Virus record (IMG/VR): IMGVR_UViG_3300042991_000522
Coordinates: 1-60,919 of that record
Direction: 5' to 3' (one strand)
Length of the DNA: 60,919 nt
From: a virus
Taxonomy: Duplodnaviria; Caudoviricetes
A program made the position numbers and the translations under genes. Below are positions 1 to 9,103 of this stretch, piece by piece. Numbering within the stretch: the stretch's first letter is position 1; every line of letters starts with the position of its first letter. The notes under the pieces are model-generated. The model was not told the origin of the DNA. It did no database searches and was given only the letters and a program-made list of their open reading frames with translations.

Positions 1-605
1 TTAGTACTCATAACATCTAATAAATGTTCTGGTTTATAATATAAATTTTTCACTATGTCATTATAATTATACAATTGTTCATTATCAAAAATAACATTAA
101 CAGACGGCTTTATATTAATATAAAAATCATTATAATAATCTAACATTTTAATCATTTCTAAATAAAAATAGGTTGATGTAAATACACATTTACAATTATT
201 ATTTTTAATATAATAATCCAATATAATATTTTTTTGATAATTAAAATTAAAAACCTCATCATAAATTATTAATTCGGGTTTAATTTTGTGTAATATAGAA
301 TCGTAAGAATTTATACTTTTTATAGTTACATCATTATTGTTTATAAATGACAATTTATTAATACTTTTATTATTTTTTGAAACATATGCACCAATTTCTT
401 TTAATATTTTTGAAAAAATATAATATTCACTTCTTGTATTGTGTACAAGAAGTAATATATCTTTATCTGAATTATTTTTTATAAAATCTTCAATAACAGA
501 AATAATTAAATATGACTTACCACTTTGTCTTGGCCATAATACTATTGATTTATTATATTTAGCCAACTTATTAAAAGTGTATTCTTGATAAGAATTTAAT
601 TGCAT
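1..605 (-). CDS. terminase large subunit-like P-loop ATPase domain protein (runs off window start)
   Basis: Not in ORF track. Manual translation from ATG at 605: MQLNSYQEY (Q-motif), WPRQSGKS (Walker A), LIIYDE (Walker B), VFTST (motif III-like); open to base 1. Confidence 0.65.
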   Translation of the reverse strand, partial: MQLNSYQEYTFNKLAKYNKSIVLWPRQSGKSYLIISVIEDFIKNNSDKDILLLVHNTRSEYYIFSKILKEIGAYVSKNNKSINKLSFINNNDVTIKSINSYDSILHKIKPELIIYDEVFNFNYQKNIILDYYIKNNNCKCVFTSTYFYLEMIKMLDYYNDFYINIKPSVNVIFDNEQLYNYNDIVKNLYYKPEHLLDVMST

Positions 606-606
606 T

Positions 607-646
607 AAAAAAGTCTTTTCTTATTTTAATTAGAAAAGACTTTTTT
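607..646 (-). terminator. intrinsic terminator hairpin
   Basis: AAAAAAGTCTTTTCT-10 nt-AGAAAAGACTTTTTT inverted repeat downstream of 667..894. Confidence 0.7.
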
Positions 647-666
647 GTTTATATTATTTATAAAGT

Positions 667-894
667 CTATTTATTTTTTGAAGCTTTTTTTCTAACTTCT
701 GATGACTTTTTAGATTTAAGACCATTACATTCTGGTCCAAATCCATTAACCAAACTTTCTGGTACAGTTAAAGTCCTACCACACCTTGCACAAGTACCTC
801 TGTGATAAAAATTAATATCATCATGCGTTTTATCTTTATTTAACAAATTAAAGAAAAAATTAAATGCTTTATAAGAAACAGCGTCCTCACTCAT
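667..894 (-). CDS. DUF6011-like Zn-binding protein, probably N-terminally truncated
   Basis: HRGTCARCGRTLTVPES..GFGPEC motif. Confidence 0.65.
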   Translation of the reverse strand: MSEDAVSYKAFNFFFNLLNKDKTHDDINFYHRGTCARCGRTLTVPESLVNGFGPECNGLKSKKSSEVRKKASKNK

Positions 895-1032
895 TATACA
901 TAATATCCATCATTATAAGAATTAATATGTGAAAATAATTCATATTCTTTTCCATAAATATGTAAAATTTTTCCTTCTTCGTCATATACATTTTTTATGC
1001 AAAGTACACAGTCGCCTCTTTTTAAATTATTT

Positions 1033-1263
1033 TCATTCATTTTTTAATTTCTTCAATTTAAGTTTTCTATATTCGTTTTTTGTAAAAAAAAAGTCTTTAA
1101 AATTACTTGGATGTAATATTTTTCTTTGGTTATTATCATCAAAGAATTCAAAATATTCAACTACTAACCAACCTTCATCTTTATGATATGTTGCGTCATA
1201 TGTTTTATTTTTTGTGAGTTTAGCTTTTCCTTTTTTAAAATTTTTTTTGGCTATTATTTCCAT
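1033..1263 (-). CDS. class B small protein (RxxKLxxL tail)
   Basis: ends YRKLKLKKLKNE. Confidence 0.75.
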   Translation of the reverse strand: MEIIAKKNFKKGKAKLTKNKTYDATYHKDEGWLVVEYFEFFDDNNQRKILHPSNFKDFFFTKNEYRKLKLKKLKNE

Positions 1264-1520
1264 TTTATATTATTTAGTTTTTCTCTTCTATTCATTTTTA
1301 TTGATTTTTCAACAAATGTTTCGTGTATTTTGTTGGCTTTATCAATATCATTTATATTAGGTAAATTTTTATCTAATGTTAATATATTACGATAATTATC
1401 ATGTTCAATAATTTTGAAGTGTTCTGAGGTGTACCATTTTGGTAGTTTACCGCCACACCATTTTAAAATTTCTGGTTTATATAATGTGACAATGTCTCCT
1501 ATTTTAAATAATCCTTTCAT
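1254..1520 (-). CDS. class B small protein, KIGDxV core
   Basis: FKIGDIV...PKWY...RREKLNNI; paralogue of 1521..1793. Confidence 0.8.
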   Translation of the reverse strand: MKGLFKIGDIVTLYKPEILKWCGGKLPKWYTSEHFKIIEHDNYRNILTLDKNLPNINDIDKANKIHETFVEKSIKMNRREKLNNIKWK

Positions 1521-1793
1521 TTATTTTATTAAGTTTAATTTTTTTAATTTTTCTCTTCTATTTACTTTTGTTGCTTTTTTTATAAGTGTATTACGTATTT
1601 TATTAGGTTCGACCATTGGATTTAAATTAGGTAAATCTTTATTTAATATCACCACATCTTTCATAATTTTATCATGACCAACAATTTTAAATTCATCTGC
1701 AGAATACCAAATTGGTAGTGTATTGTGACACCATTTTAGAATTTCTTTTTTATTTAATATAACAATATCTCCTATTTTAAATATTTCATCCAT
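1521..1793 (-). CDS. class B small protein, KIGDxV core
   Basis: FKIGDIV...PIWY...RREKLKKL. Confidence 0.8.
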   Translation of the reverse strand: MDEIFKIGDIVILNKKEILKWCHNTLPIWYSADEFKIVGHDKIMKDVVILNKDLPNLNPMVEPNKIRNTLIKKATKVNRREKLKKLNLIK

Positions 1794-2020
1794 TTATTTG
1801 ATTTTAGTTTTTTCAATTTTATCATTCTAACTTCTTTTTCTGATATAAAAAATTTGTCAATATACCAATATTTATTACCATCATCTGATAAAATATTAAG
1901 ATATTCTGATTTCATATCTAATATTTTATATTTTTTATTGGGTGATAGAAAGCATAGATAATTATGTTTTTCTTTTTCCCATTTATCGCCACAATATATT
2001 GTATCTCCTATTTTAAGCAT
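1772..2020 (-). CDS. class B small protein
   Basis: KIGDTI...RMIKLKKL. Confidence 0.75.
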   Translation of the reverse strand: MLKIGDTIYCGDKWEKEKHNYLCFLSPNKKYKILDMKSEYLNILSDDGNKYWYIDKFFISEKEVRMIKLKKLKSNKWMKYLK

Positions 2021-2213
2021 TTTGTAATTTTTCTAACTTTTCTTTTCTAATTTGTTTTACTGTTGCGAAACATTCTTTTTCAAATATATCTATATAACCT
2101 ATATCACAGAACATTGAATATGTTAATTCATTTTCCTTGACTACTGTGTACCATTGTTCCTTTGTTAATTGAAAGAAGTAGTAAGGTTCGTTATTTATAC
2201 ATTTAACTTTCAT
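2013..2213 (-). CDS. class B small protein
   Basis: MKVKCI...RKEKLEKL. Confidence 0.75.
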   Translation of the reverse strand: MKVKCINNEPYYFFQLTKEQWYTVVKENELTYSMFCDIGYIDIFEKECFATVKQIRKEKLEKLQNA

Positions 2214-2454
2214 TTAATTTTTGTAGTTTTTCTTTTCTTTCAGTTATTATTGATAATTTTAGAAACTCAGGTGTTATTGTATTAAAATTTTTTAAAGGGT
2301 TTGGAAATTCTGGCTCAAGATATGCGCAATCATGTGTCATATCAATTATTTCGTATGTTTCTGTTGTGTACCAATCTGGTATATGACCTTTATATTTTAA
2401 GATTTTTTCAAAGTTTAATATCACCAAATCTCCTATTTTAAATTCTCTATTCAT
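2203..2454 (-). CDS. class B small protein
   Basis: FKIGDLV...PDWY...RKEKLQKL. Confidence 0.8.
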   Translation of the reverse strand: MNREFKIGDLVILNFEKILKYKGHIPDWYTTETYEIIDMTHDCAYLEPEFPNPLKNFNTITPEFLKLSIITERKEKLQKLNES

Positions 2455-2701
2455 TTAATTTTTTTAATTTACGTTTTCTATATTGTATTAGTGTACAAAA
2501 GTGTTCATGAAATTTAAATTCATCTGTTGTATCTTTTTTTATTGTATAAAAACTTGATGAATCATTATTAGGTCTTTCATTCATAATTTGTACTCTATTA
2601 ATTCTAACTAGTTCTATTGTATAAAAATTATTTTCAAGAAAGAATGTAACACCATGTTTTTCTATAGTTTTTGTGCAATATAGTTTATCTCCTGCTTTCA
2701 T
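2447..2701 (-). CDS. class B small protein
   Basis: MKAGDKLYCTKT...RKRKLKKL; tandem paralogue of 2685..2951. Confidence 0.8.
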   Translation of the reverse strand: MKAGDKLYCTKTIEKHGVTFFLENNFYTIELVRINRVQIMNERPNNDSSSFYTIKKDTTDEFKFHEHFCTLIQYRKRKLKKLNE

Positions 2702-2954
2702 TTAGTTTTTTAAGTTTAAGTTTTCTATATGCGGTTTCTGTCATAAAATAGTCATAAAAATTATAATCATCGTCAGCATTAAATGGTGATAGATGAAAAT
2801 TTGATGATAAAAAAAGGTTTGACATATCATTTATAATTTCTATATTGTAATTATCTGCTGATTCTATTTTGTGTAGTTTATTTTCTAAAAAAAATATTCT
2901 ACCATGATGTATTAAAGTTTTAGTGCAATATAGTTTATCTCCTGCTTTCATTTA
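2673..2954. repeat. 32-bp direct repeat at the starts of two tandem class B genes
   Basis: GTGCAATATAGTTTATCTCCTGCTTTCATTTA at 2673-2704 and 2923-2954. Confidence 0.8.
2685..2951 (-). CDS. class B small protein
   Basis: MKAGDKLYCTKT...RKLKLKKL. Confidence 0.8.
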   Translation of the reverse strand: MKAGDKLYCTKTLIHHGRIFFLENKLHKIESADNYNIEIINDMSNLFLSSNFHLSPFNADDDYNFYDYFMTETAYRKLKLKKLNESRR

Positions 2955-3186
2955 TTTTTTCTATTTTAAGTTTTCTTAATTCTTTTTCTGTTATAAAATT
3001 TTCTATGTGGTAGTGATTATTTTGCTTATCTTCTTTTATCCAATAAAACACAGAATTTTCACTTATTTTCATATAAAAACCAATGTTGGCTATTGTATAT
3101 TTTTTACCATTAACCAATTGTTTAACATCTGGTTTTTTTTGATGATATATTACAACTTCACCTATTTTATATTTTACTCGACTCAT
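2935..3186 (-). CDS. class B small protein
   Basis: YKIGEVV...RKLKIEKI. Confidence 0.75.
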   Translation of the reverse strand: MSRVKYKIGEVVIYHQKKPDVKQLVNGKKYTIANIGFYMKISENSVFYWIKEDKQNNHYHIENFITEKELRKLKIEKINESRR

Positions 3187-3442
3187 TTAGTTTTTGTATT
3201 TTAAGTGTTCTCAATTCTTTTTCTGTCATAAAGTATTTTCTATATTTGATATTTAGTGAATATGTTGGATTTGTTGTGACTTTAATTTTTTCATCATAAA
3301 TATAAAAGTTATTATATTTAATAACATTTGATACATATTGTATTATATGATATTTTAAATTTTCTCTATATGTTATATTATTAATTGTGAATGTTTTTAT
3401 ACATATAACGTTTAGTGATTTCATATCATTTGGTTTTTTCAT
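3167..3442 (-). CDS. class B small protein
   Basis: VICIK...RTLKIQKL. Confidence 0.75.
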   Translation of the reverse strand: MKKPNDMKSLNVICIKTFTINNITYRENLKYHIIQYVSNVIKYNNFYIYDEKIKVTTNPTYSLNIKYRKYFMTEKELRTLKIQKLNESSKI

Positions 3443-3695
3443 TTAGTTTTTGTATTTTTTGTTTTCTAATTTCCTTTTTAGTTGCAAAATAATCTTCAAA
3501 AATATAATAATATTTTTTATTCATTTTTGATGATGGTTGATAAATATAATGACAACAAATATGATATTGATTAGTTTCAACACTAATCGAAATTTGATTT
3601 TTATCAATATCAATTTTTTGAATAGTATAAGTATTATTTTTTAAATTTATCTTTTCTCTATTCTTTATACACAATATTTTATCACCTACTTTCAT
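3426..3695 (-). CDS. class B small protein
   Basis: MKVGDKILCIK...RKQKIQKL. Confidence 0.8.
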   Translation of the reverse strand: MKVGDKILCIKNREKINLKNNTYTIQKIDIDKNQISISVETNQYHICCHYIYQPSSKMNKKYYYIFEDYFATKKEIRKQKIQKLNEKTK

Positions 3696-3952
3696 TTATT
3701 TTTTTTTATTTTATCTTTTCTTAATTCTTTTTCTGATATAAAATAGTCTGAAAATATAAAATATGTACCAAAATTTTTTATGCTCCAATATTTTTCTCCA
3801 TTTTCTGATGTAGTTTTAATATATTTATCTAGAACATCTAATTTAATTTCTAATATTGTATATTTTTTACTTTTTAATACTACAATATATTTTTGACTGT
3901 CATTTTTACGTATAAGGTTTTTTATACAAAATACTTTATCTCCTTCTTTCAT
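3692..3952 (-). CDS. class B small protein
   Basis: MKEGDKVFCIK...RKDKIKK. Confidence 0.75.
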   Translation of the reverse strand: MKEGDKVFCIKNLIRKNDSQKYIVVLKSKKYTILEIKLDVLDKYIKTTSENGEKYWSIKNFGTYFIFSDYFISEKELRKDKIKKNK

Positions 3953-4220
3953 TTAATTTTTGTATTTTTTCTCTTCTAGTTTTTTTATCATCTTTAACAA
4001 TTATTTTTTCTACTATTAATTGAGATAATGACTAACCGTAAATTCCTTCTGTCATTGCCCAGTGATTATTATGTTCTACAAATTTTAAATTTTCTATTTG
4101 ACAATAATATGGATATTTTATTCTTTTATTAACAGGACAATTTCCATTTAACGTACTAGACCAAATTGATGGTCGTTTGGTTATTATTATATAGTCTCCT
4201 ATCTTAAAATTGTGTTTCAT
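3936..4220 (-). pseudogene. class B gene interrupted by in-frame TAG at 4032-4034
   Basis: Reading past YG* continues in frame SLSQLIVEKIIVKDDKKTRREKIQKLNERRR*, restoring the class tail and the usual overlap. Confidence 0.65.
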
Positions 4221-4428
4221 TTATATTATTTAATTTTTGTATTTTTTCTTTTCTTTCTTGTTTAAGATTTATAAAAAAATTTATTGGTACCCAATGACTC
4301 ATACCTTTTTGATCTATTACATAAGCAAAATTGTTATCGTGTATATCATAGTAATCAAAATAAAAAATTCTATTTTTTTTTAATAGTATGCTACCTTCTT
4401 GATATATTAATTTATCTCCTTTTTTCAT
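4204..4428 (-). CDS. class B small protein
   Basis: MKKGDKL...RKEKIQKL. Confidence 0.75.
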   Translation of the reverse strand: MKKGDKLIYQEGSILLKKNRIFYFDYYDIHDNNFAYVIDQKGMSHWVPINFFINLKQERKEKIQKLNNINETQF

Positions 4429-4681
4429 TTATTTTTTGAATTTTAAGTTTTCTACATTCTTTGATATTATCCAGGTATGATGATGTTATTTTGTCTGAAC
4501 CCATTGATAGCACTTTATTTATATAAACTATTTGATTATCATTATTATCTACTTCTCTTGATATTTGTGTTATTGTGAAAATTTCATTTGTAAGAGTCCA
4601 TTTTGGATTGCTCTTAAGTATTGAATATACTTTTTTTGGATTTATTATTACTTTGTCTCCAATTTTAAATATTGTTTTCAT
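4412..4681 (-). CDS. class B small protein
   Basis: FKIGDKV...RKLKIQKI. Confidence 0.75.
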   Translation of the reverse strand: MKTIFKIGDKVIINPKKVYSILKSNPKWTLTNEIFTITQISREVDNNDNQIVYINKVLSMGSDKITSSYLDNIKECRKLKIQKINEKRR

Positions 4682-4865
4682 CTATTTTTTGTAATTTAAG
4701 TTTTCTAAGTTCTGTTTTATAATTAATTTTTATATATTCATCATATGTATCTGCTGAATTTTGAAATTTCGTAGCATCTTCTATATTGCTAGAAAATCTA
4801 TAGTCGTAATTATCATAAGAGCACCAATATTTACCATTTTTAATATTTTTCAGTACATATGTCAT
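4665..4865 (-). CDS. class B small protein
   Basis: LKNIKNGKY...RKLKLQKI; similar to 15041..15244 and 19138..19347. Confidence 0.7.
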   Translation of the reverse strand: MTYVLKNIKNGKYWCSYDNYDYRFSSNIEDATKFQNSADTYDEYIKINYKTELRKLKLQKIDENNI

Positions 4866-5097
4866 ATAATTTATCTAATTTATTTTTTCTATTTTGTTTA
4901 AAATCACTAAAGTAGCCATCTTTTTTATTAAAAGTTGCTAAATCAAAACTATGTCTCTCATTTTCATCATCAATTATATAATAAGAGTCACCTATAATAT
5001 CTATTACTTGGTATATTTTATTAACTGTGGTGGTATGTCTTCGGTCTGACCTCATTATACATGGATCCACACAAATTATATTATCTCCTATTTTCAT
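4840..5097 (-). CDS. class B small protein
   Basis: MKIGDNIIC...RKNKLDKL. Confidence 0.75.
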   Translation of the reverse strand: MKIGDNIICVDPCIMRSDRRHTTTVNKIYQVIDIIGDSYYIIDDENERHSFDLATFNKKDGYFSDFKQNRKNKLDKLYDICTEKY

Positions 5098-5218
5098 ATA
5101 TTGTGTTTTGAAGTTTAATTGCTATTCTATATGTTAATGGTGTTGATGGTCTATTCCAATACTCATTATTTTGTATAATAGTATTCAAATCAATATCTTC
5201 TATTATTTCTATTTTCAT
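5081..5218 (-). CDS. 45-aa hypothetical protein
   Basis: Fills the gap in the array with overlaps at both ends (MKIEIIEDIDL...). Confidence 0.5.
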   Translation of the reverse strand: MKIEIIEDIDLNTIIQNNEYWNRPSTPLTYRIAIKLQNTIYENRR

Positions 5219-5475
5219 TTATTTTCGTATATTTTATTTAATTTTTCTTTTCTATTTTTCTTTATTGCTGGTAAAAGATAATATGTTGCTATAGTATTAT
5301 TATTATTATTACGTGATAAATTTTTGTCTAAATAAGCTAATGGGTACTCAGAATTATAATCAATATTTATAATTTGAAATATCTCTGGTGAAAACCACAT
5401 GGGTCTAATACCACCAAAACATGATAATTTTTCGTTTATTTTAACAAAATCACCAATTTTTAATTTTATCTTCAT
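5215..5475 (-). CDS. class B small protein
   Basis: LKIGDFV...PMWF...RKEKLNKI. Confidence 0.8.
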   Translation of the reverse strand: MKIKLKIGDFVKINEKLSCFGGIRPMWFSPEIFQIINIDYNSEYPLAYLDKNLSRNNNNNTIATYYLLPAIKKNRKEKLNKIYENK

Positions 5476-5557
5476 ATTACATTAATATTTTACTAATATA
5501 GTTAAAAAATTATTTAAAAAAAATTTTTTTAAAATTTTTTGTTTTAAATATTTTTAT

Positions 5558-5565
5558 TATATTTG
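5558..5565 (+). promoter_or_regulatory. Bacteroidota-type -7 promoter element TAnnTTTG
   Basis: TATATTTG 16 nt upstream of ATG 5582. Confidence 0.6.
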
Positions 5566-5581
5566 AAATAAAAAAAATTAT

Positions 5582-5995
5582 ATGTATAGAATAATTGAAA
5601 AAATTAATGGTAAATCTACTTTTTATGTTCAGAAAAAATATGGATTATTTTGGTCAAAAATAGTAGCACCTTATGGTTATGCTCTTTTATCAACAGCATT
5701 TTTTGTAGCACTGACTATTATGTTTTTTATATTTGGTATAAAATTTAACAGCAATAATTTTCCTGTTGGTCTTATATCTTTACCAATTGCTTTTTTAATA
5801 ATTGCTATTTGTTCAGCTACTATGAGTGATTTTAGAATATTTATAAAATTTGATGATTTATATGATTCTAGAAATTATATAATTAATAAGGAAAAAATTA
5901 AAATAGAAAGAAAAACTATTGTACATTATATGAATGATCGTGAAGAACGTGCTGATAAATTAAAAAAAATAAATAGGAAAAAATTATTTAAATAA
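5582..5995 (+). CDS. class B membrane protein (2 TM)
   Basis: YRIIE..FYVQKK, two hydrophobic segments, RADKLKKI; paralogue of 13119 and 14599 genes. Confidence 0.75.
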   Translation: MYRIIEKINGKSTFYVQKKYGLFWSKIVAPYGYALLSTAFFVALTIMFFIFGIKFNSNNFPVGLISLPIAFLIIAICSATMSDFRIFIKFDDLYDSRNYIINKEKIKIERKTIVHYMNDREERADKLKKINRKKLFK

Positions 5996-5996
5996 T

Positions 5997-6711
5997 TTAA
6001 ATATTATATTTATTGACATGATCGCCCATTCCTACTAATGGTAATAGATAATTATATTTTTTTAAGCCATATTCTTTGGCTTTTTCAATTTCTTCAAGTT
6101 GTTCAGAATTTAATATTGGAGCATTTTTATGTATAATTATAACTTCATTTTTTCTTTCATCATTCCAAACTTTAATATTATATTTATCATTTAAATCTGA
6201 TTTTGCTATAATTTCTTTAATTGTTTTATAATCTTTCTCATTATTTCCTTCATCTCCCCATGTTCTTCTGCGATTATAATTAGTTTCAAAATATGGTTTA
6301 TTTATATATTGAGAATTTACCTGTTTTTCTAATTCTTCTGCTGTATGACTTTTTACACGATAATATGTGTTACCATTTCGACCTTTTGATTCAAAATCAC
6401 CAAAATTTTTATTTTTAAAATAGTTATAAATAGCATCATAATCACTATCAACAGCCATTTAAAATATTTCATGTAATTCTTTTGTTACTGTATCTATTAT
6501 TGGATTATATTGTGATTCTGTTTGATTAGTAAATCCAAAAAAAGGCATTGAGTATTTATATTCTATTTTATTTGTTATTTCTTTAAATAGGTCTATAAAT
6601 TTATAATAATCTTCGAAGTAATATGATAATTTTTTTTAAGTTAGAAAACAGAGTTCTAATATCATAAATATATTCTTTATTATAATTTTCGTATTTTTTT
6701 AGGTATTTCAC
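5997..6711 (-). pseudogene. class A gene disrupted by a homopolymer frameshift (~6630) and an in-frame TAA before 6458
   Basis: GTG at 6711 gives MKYLKKYENY; ORF 5997..6458 ends VNKYNI. Confidence 0.6.
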
Positions 6712-6715
6712 AGAT

Positions 6716-6760
6716 TATATATTATTTTTAAAAAATAAATTTTTATTTATATATATAATA
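6716..6760. promoter_or_regulatory. divergent TATATAA motifs (putative phage late promoters)
   Basis: AATATATAAT on - before GTG 6711; TATATATAATA on + before ATG 6763. Confidence 0.45.
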
Positions 6761-6762
6761 TT

Positions 6763-7113
6763 ATGAAATATACTAAATCATTTGAAGATTTTAATGGTAA
6801 ACAAATAACATCACCAGAAATAAATTCAATAGTGAAGTTTAGTGGTTGGAGGTTTAATAAAGATTATTATCCTTGTGATGTTTATATAATTAGTGGTCAA
6901 TATTTATCTGGTGGTAGAGTGAGTAATTTTTGGTATTGGAAAAGAATTTTACCTAATGGTGATTTATCAGAAGAAGAACACGGATATGGTGATTTTTATA
7001 CACCTTTGGTTGATATGACATCAACATATACACCAGAAGAAATTAAAGAAATATATCCTGCTAAATATAAGGAATATGAATTGAGTAAGGATGCAAAAAA
7101 ATATAATATATGA
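6763..7113 (+). CDS. class A protein (MKxxKxFE...KYNI)
   Basis: MKYTKSFE...AKKYNI. Confidence 0.8.
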   Translation: MKYTKSFEDFNGKQITSPEINSIVKFSGWRFNKDYYPCDVYIISGQYLSGGRVSNFWYWKRILPNGDLSEEEHGYGDFYTPLVDMTSTYTPEEIKEIYPAKYKEYELSKDAKKYNI

Positions 7114-7418
7114 TAGCAAATTTTGATAACTTTATAAAAGATGGTAATTATTATCATGGTTTAATTGGTGGACTTTGGGGTGATTTAAGGTCAACTTCAC
7201 CACTACGAAAGAACATTCAAAAATATTTTTTTGAAAAGTATCCACGTAAAGTTAATATATTAAACTCAAGTGGCTCAATAAATTCTATAACCTTAGGTAT
7301 TTTAATAAAATTTGCAAATAAGAGAAAAGATGAAGAATTATTAAGATTAATTCAAGTTTTTTTAGATCGTGTTGAAGAAATTAGAATTGAAAAAGAAGCA
7401 AAAAAATATAACATATAA
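7110..7418 (+). CDS. class A protein
   Basis: MIANFDNF...AKKYNI. Confidence 0.8.
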   Translation: MIANFDNFIKDGNYYHGLIGGLWGDLRSTSPLRKNIQKYFFEKYPRKVNILNSSGSINSITLGILIKFANKRKDEELLRLIQVFLDRVEEIRIEKEAKKYNI

Positions 7419-7421
7419 TAC

Positions 7422-7676
7422 GTGGAACATTTGAAAAGATATAAAAATAAATACTATAAAAAAGGTGATTATGTATATGTAGCATATGATAATTACTTAC
7501 CTTACGCTAAAATTATAGATAGGGCGGGTATTAGTTATAATGTATTAATATATACAATATACGATGATTTGCTTGACGATGCTTGGTTTTCTGAAGAATC
7601 AATCATTAGAAGCCTTATATCATCAGAAATTGAAGAGTTTGAATTAAAATTAGCAGTAAATAAATATAACATATGA
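7422..7676 (+). CDS. class A protein, KxGDxV core
   Basis: GTG start EHLKRY, KKGDYVYV...NKYNI. Confidence 0.75.
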   Translation: MEHLKRYKNKYYKKGDYVYVAYDNYLPYAKIIDRAGISYNVLIYTIYDDLLDDAWFSEESIIRSLISSEIEEFELKLAVNKYNI

Positions 7677-8101
7677 AACATTTAAAATCATATGAATCAA
7701 CAAGTAAGTATAATTGGAAGAATATTTATGAAGAGGATGGTAAATTATATATTAATGTATATAAGTTAATATATGAAATGGAAGAAACAGTGAGAGATTT
7801 GGGTAAAAATGAAATATTAAAAAAGGAAGATGAATATAGATATTTACTTGAGACATCATTTATCGGTAAGGTGATAAGTTTTCAATGTTCTGATTGTGGT
7901 GAAACTCATACAGGTATTTGTGAAGATGTAGAGTTTCATACTGGATTCGAAGATCCAGGTAACAATAGATTTCAGGTTGATTTTATACAATTTGTGATAG
8001 AAGATATTGATGATTCACATGCTATTGATGATGATAAGATAACTGTACATTTAGATATTGATCCAGAATTATATAGAAATATAAAAAGGTATAATATATG
8101 A
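7673..8101 (+). CDS. class A protein
   Basis: MKHLKSYE...KRYNI. Confidence 0.8.
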   Translation: MKHLKSYESTSKYNWKNIYEEDGKLYINVYKLIYEMEETVRDLGKNEILKKEDEYRYLLETSFIGKVISFQCSDCGETHTGICEDVEFHTGFEDPGNNRFQVDFIQFVIEDIDDSHAIDDDKITVHLDIDPELYRNIKRYNI

Positions 8102-8433
8102 TAATAGATAGATTTGGAGACTATAAAGAGCCCAATATTGGTGACTATGTTATTTGTTCAGATAATGAGGATTTTTTGAGTGCTGATGATAATGTTACCA
8201 GTAAAAATATTAATTATTATTTGGAAGTTAATGTTGGTAAAATAATAGCAAAGAATGAATTTGGTTTTGATTATATTGTCGGATATAATAATATACCAAA
8301 AGATATATCTAATTATTTTTTACATTTTGGGTATAAAAATTCCAGAGGTTTTAACTCCAACGAAATTGTAAAATTTTCAAAAGATAGAATTGAATTAGAA
8401 CTCTCATTGTCAACAAAAAAATACAATATTTAA
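8098..8433 (+). CDS. class A protein
   Basis: PNIGDYVIC...TKKYNI; paralogue of 9711 and 11515 genes. Confidence 0.8.
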   Translation: MIIDRFGDYKEPNIGDYVICSDNEDFLSADDNVTSKNINYYLEVNVGKIIAKNEFGFDYIVGYNNIPKDISNYFLHFGYKNSRGFNSNEIVKFSKDRIELELSLSTKKYNI

Positions 8434-8456
8434 AATAAATTCTAAAAATTTTTAAT

Positions 8457-8464
8457 TATATTTG
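8457..8464 (+). promoter_or_regulatory. TAnnTTTG promoter element
   Basis: TATATTTG(CA) upstream of ATG 8477. Confidence 0.65.
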
Positions 8465-8476
8465 CAATAAAAAAGT

Positions 8477-8719
8477 ATGATAAAGGCGGGTACTAAATTT
8501 GTTGTTCATAAATATGGAGATACAGAATATACTATATCTAAAGTGTATGAATATTCTTGCGACATTAAATGGAATGAAGATGGTTTTGATAATAGTGTTT
8601 CTTATAAAATTCAAGAAGTTGAAAAATATTTCAAAGACAATATATGGATTAATAGTTTAGCTTATGATAGAAGAAATAAATTAGATAGATTAAAAAATTT
8701 ATGGAACAATAATGCATAA
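8477..8719 (+). CDS. class B small protein
   Basis: RRNKLDRL. Confidence 0.75.
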   Translation: MIKAGTKFVVHKYGDTEYTISKVYEYSCDIKWNEDGFDNSVSYKIQEVEKYFKDNIWINSLAYDRRNKLDRLKNLWNNNA

Positions 8720-8990
8720 GAATTTTTATATACAATGTAATAATAGTGAGGAATTTATATTTGCTCAAAAATATTTATTTAAAAATAAATATTTATGGTA
8801 TAGTTCTGGTGAAGTTGTTAAACCTACATCTAGAATTTATCCGATATATTTATATGATGCAGATAATAGTGATAGTGATAGTTTAAGATTTCTTTATCTC
8901 AATTCAAATACTTTGGTATTAAATAAAAAATTGTTTGATATTAAAATAGAGATGAGAAAAGAAAAATTGAGCAATTTAGATTTATTGTAA
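8712..8990 (+). CDS. class B small protein
   Basis: RKEKLSNL. Confidence 0.75.
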   Translation: MHKNFYIQCNNSEEFIFAQKYLFKNKYLWYSSGEVVKPTSRIYPIYLYDADNSDSDSLRFLYLNSNTLVLNKKLFDIKIEMRKEKLSNLDLL

Positions 8991-9103
8991 TTTTTCTGGA
9001 TGACAAACGTTTTCTTTTTTACTAACTTTAAAATCACATTTTTTACATTTAAATTTAGGTGAATCAACTTTGTTATTTTTTTATCTTTACACGCTTTTGT
9101 CAT
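8982..9103 (-). pseudogene. small Cys-rich peptide, apparently frameshifted in A-runs
   Basis: Adding one A in each of two A-runs gives MTKACKDKKNNKVDSPKFKCKKCDFKVSKKENVCHPEKLQ; ATGA-coupled to the upstream gene. Confidence 0.35.

Noticed and set aside
929-1677. Plus-strand ORFs 929..1186, 1183..1395, 1414..1677 and similar shadows (3007, 9685, 10681, 12581, 12881, 15824, 16385, 17525, 19047, 21292, 23445, 23682, 26228, 29895, 31062, 33392, 39935, 43844, 44247, 46629, 51684, 52836, 54829, 55592)
   Set aside because: Antisense or off-frame shadows of better-supported genes, with Phe/Ile/Leu-rich composition typical of reversed AT-rich coding DNA
4032-4034. TAG recoding (alternative genetic code) suggested by an in-frame TAG
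   Set aside because: TAG ends several genes normally (667, 12186, 20956, 33469) and long genes are uninterrupted in code 11; a single TGG>TAG change or error is simpler
1033-5475. Classical integron with attC sites
   Set aside because: Genes overlap with no intergenic palindromes or GTTRRRY cores, and no integrase is in the window
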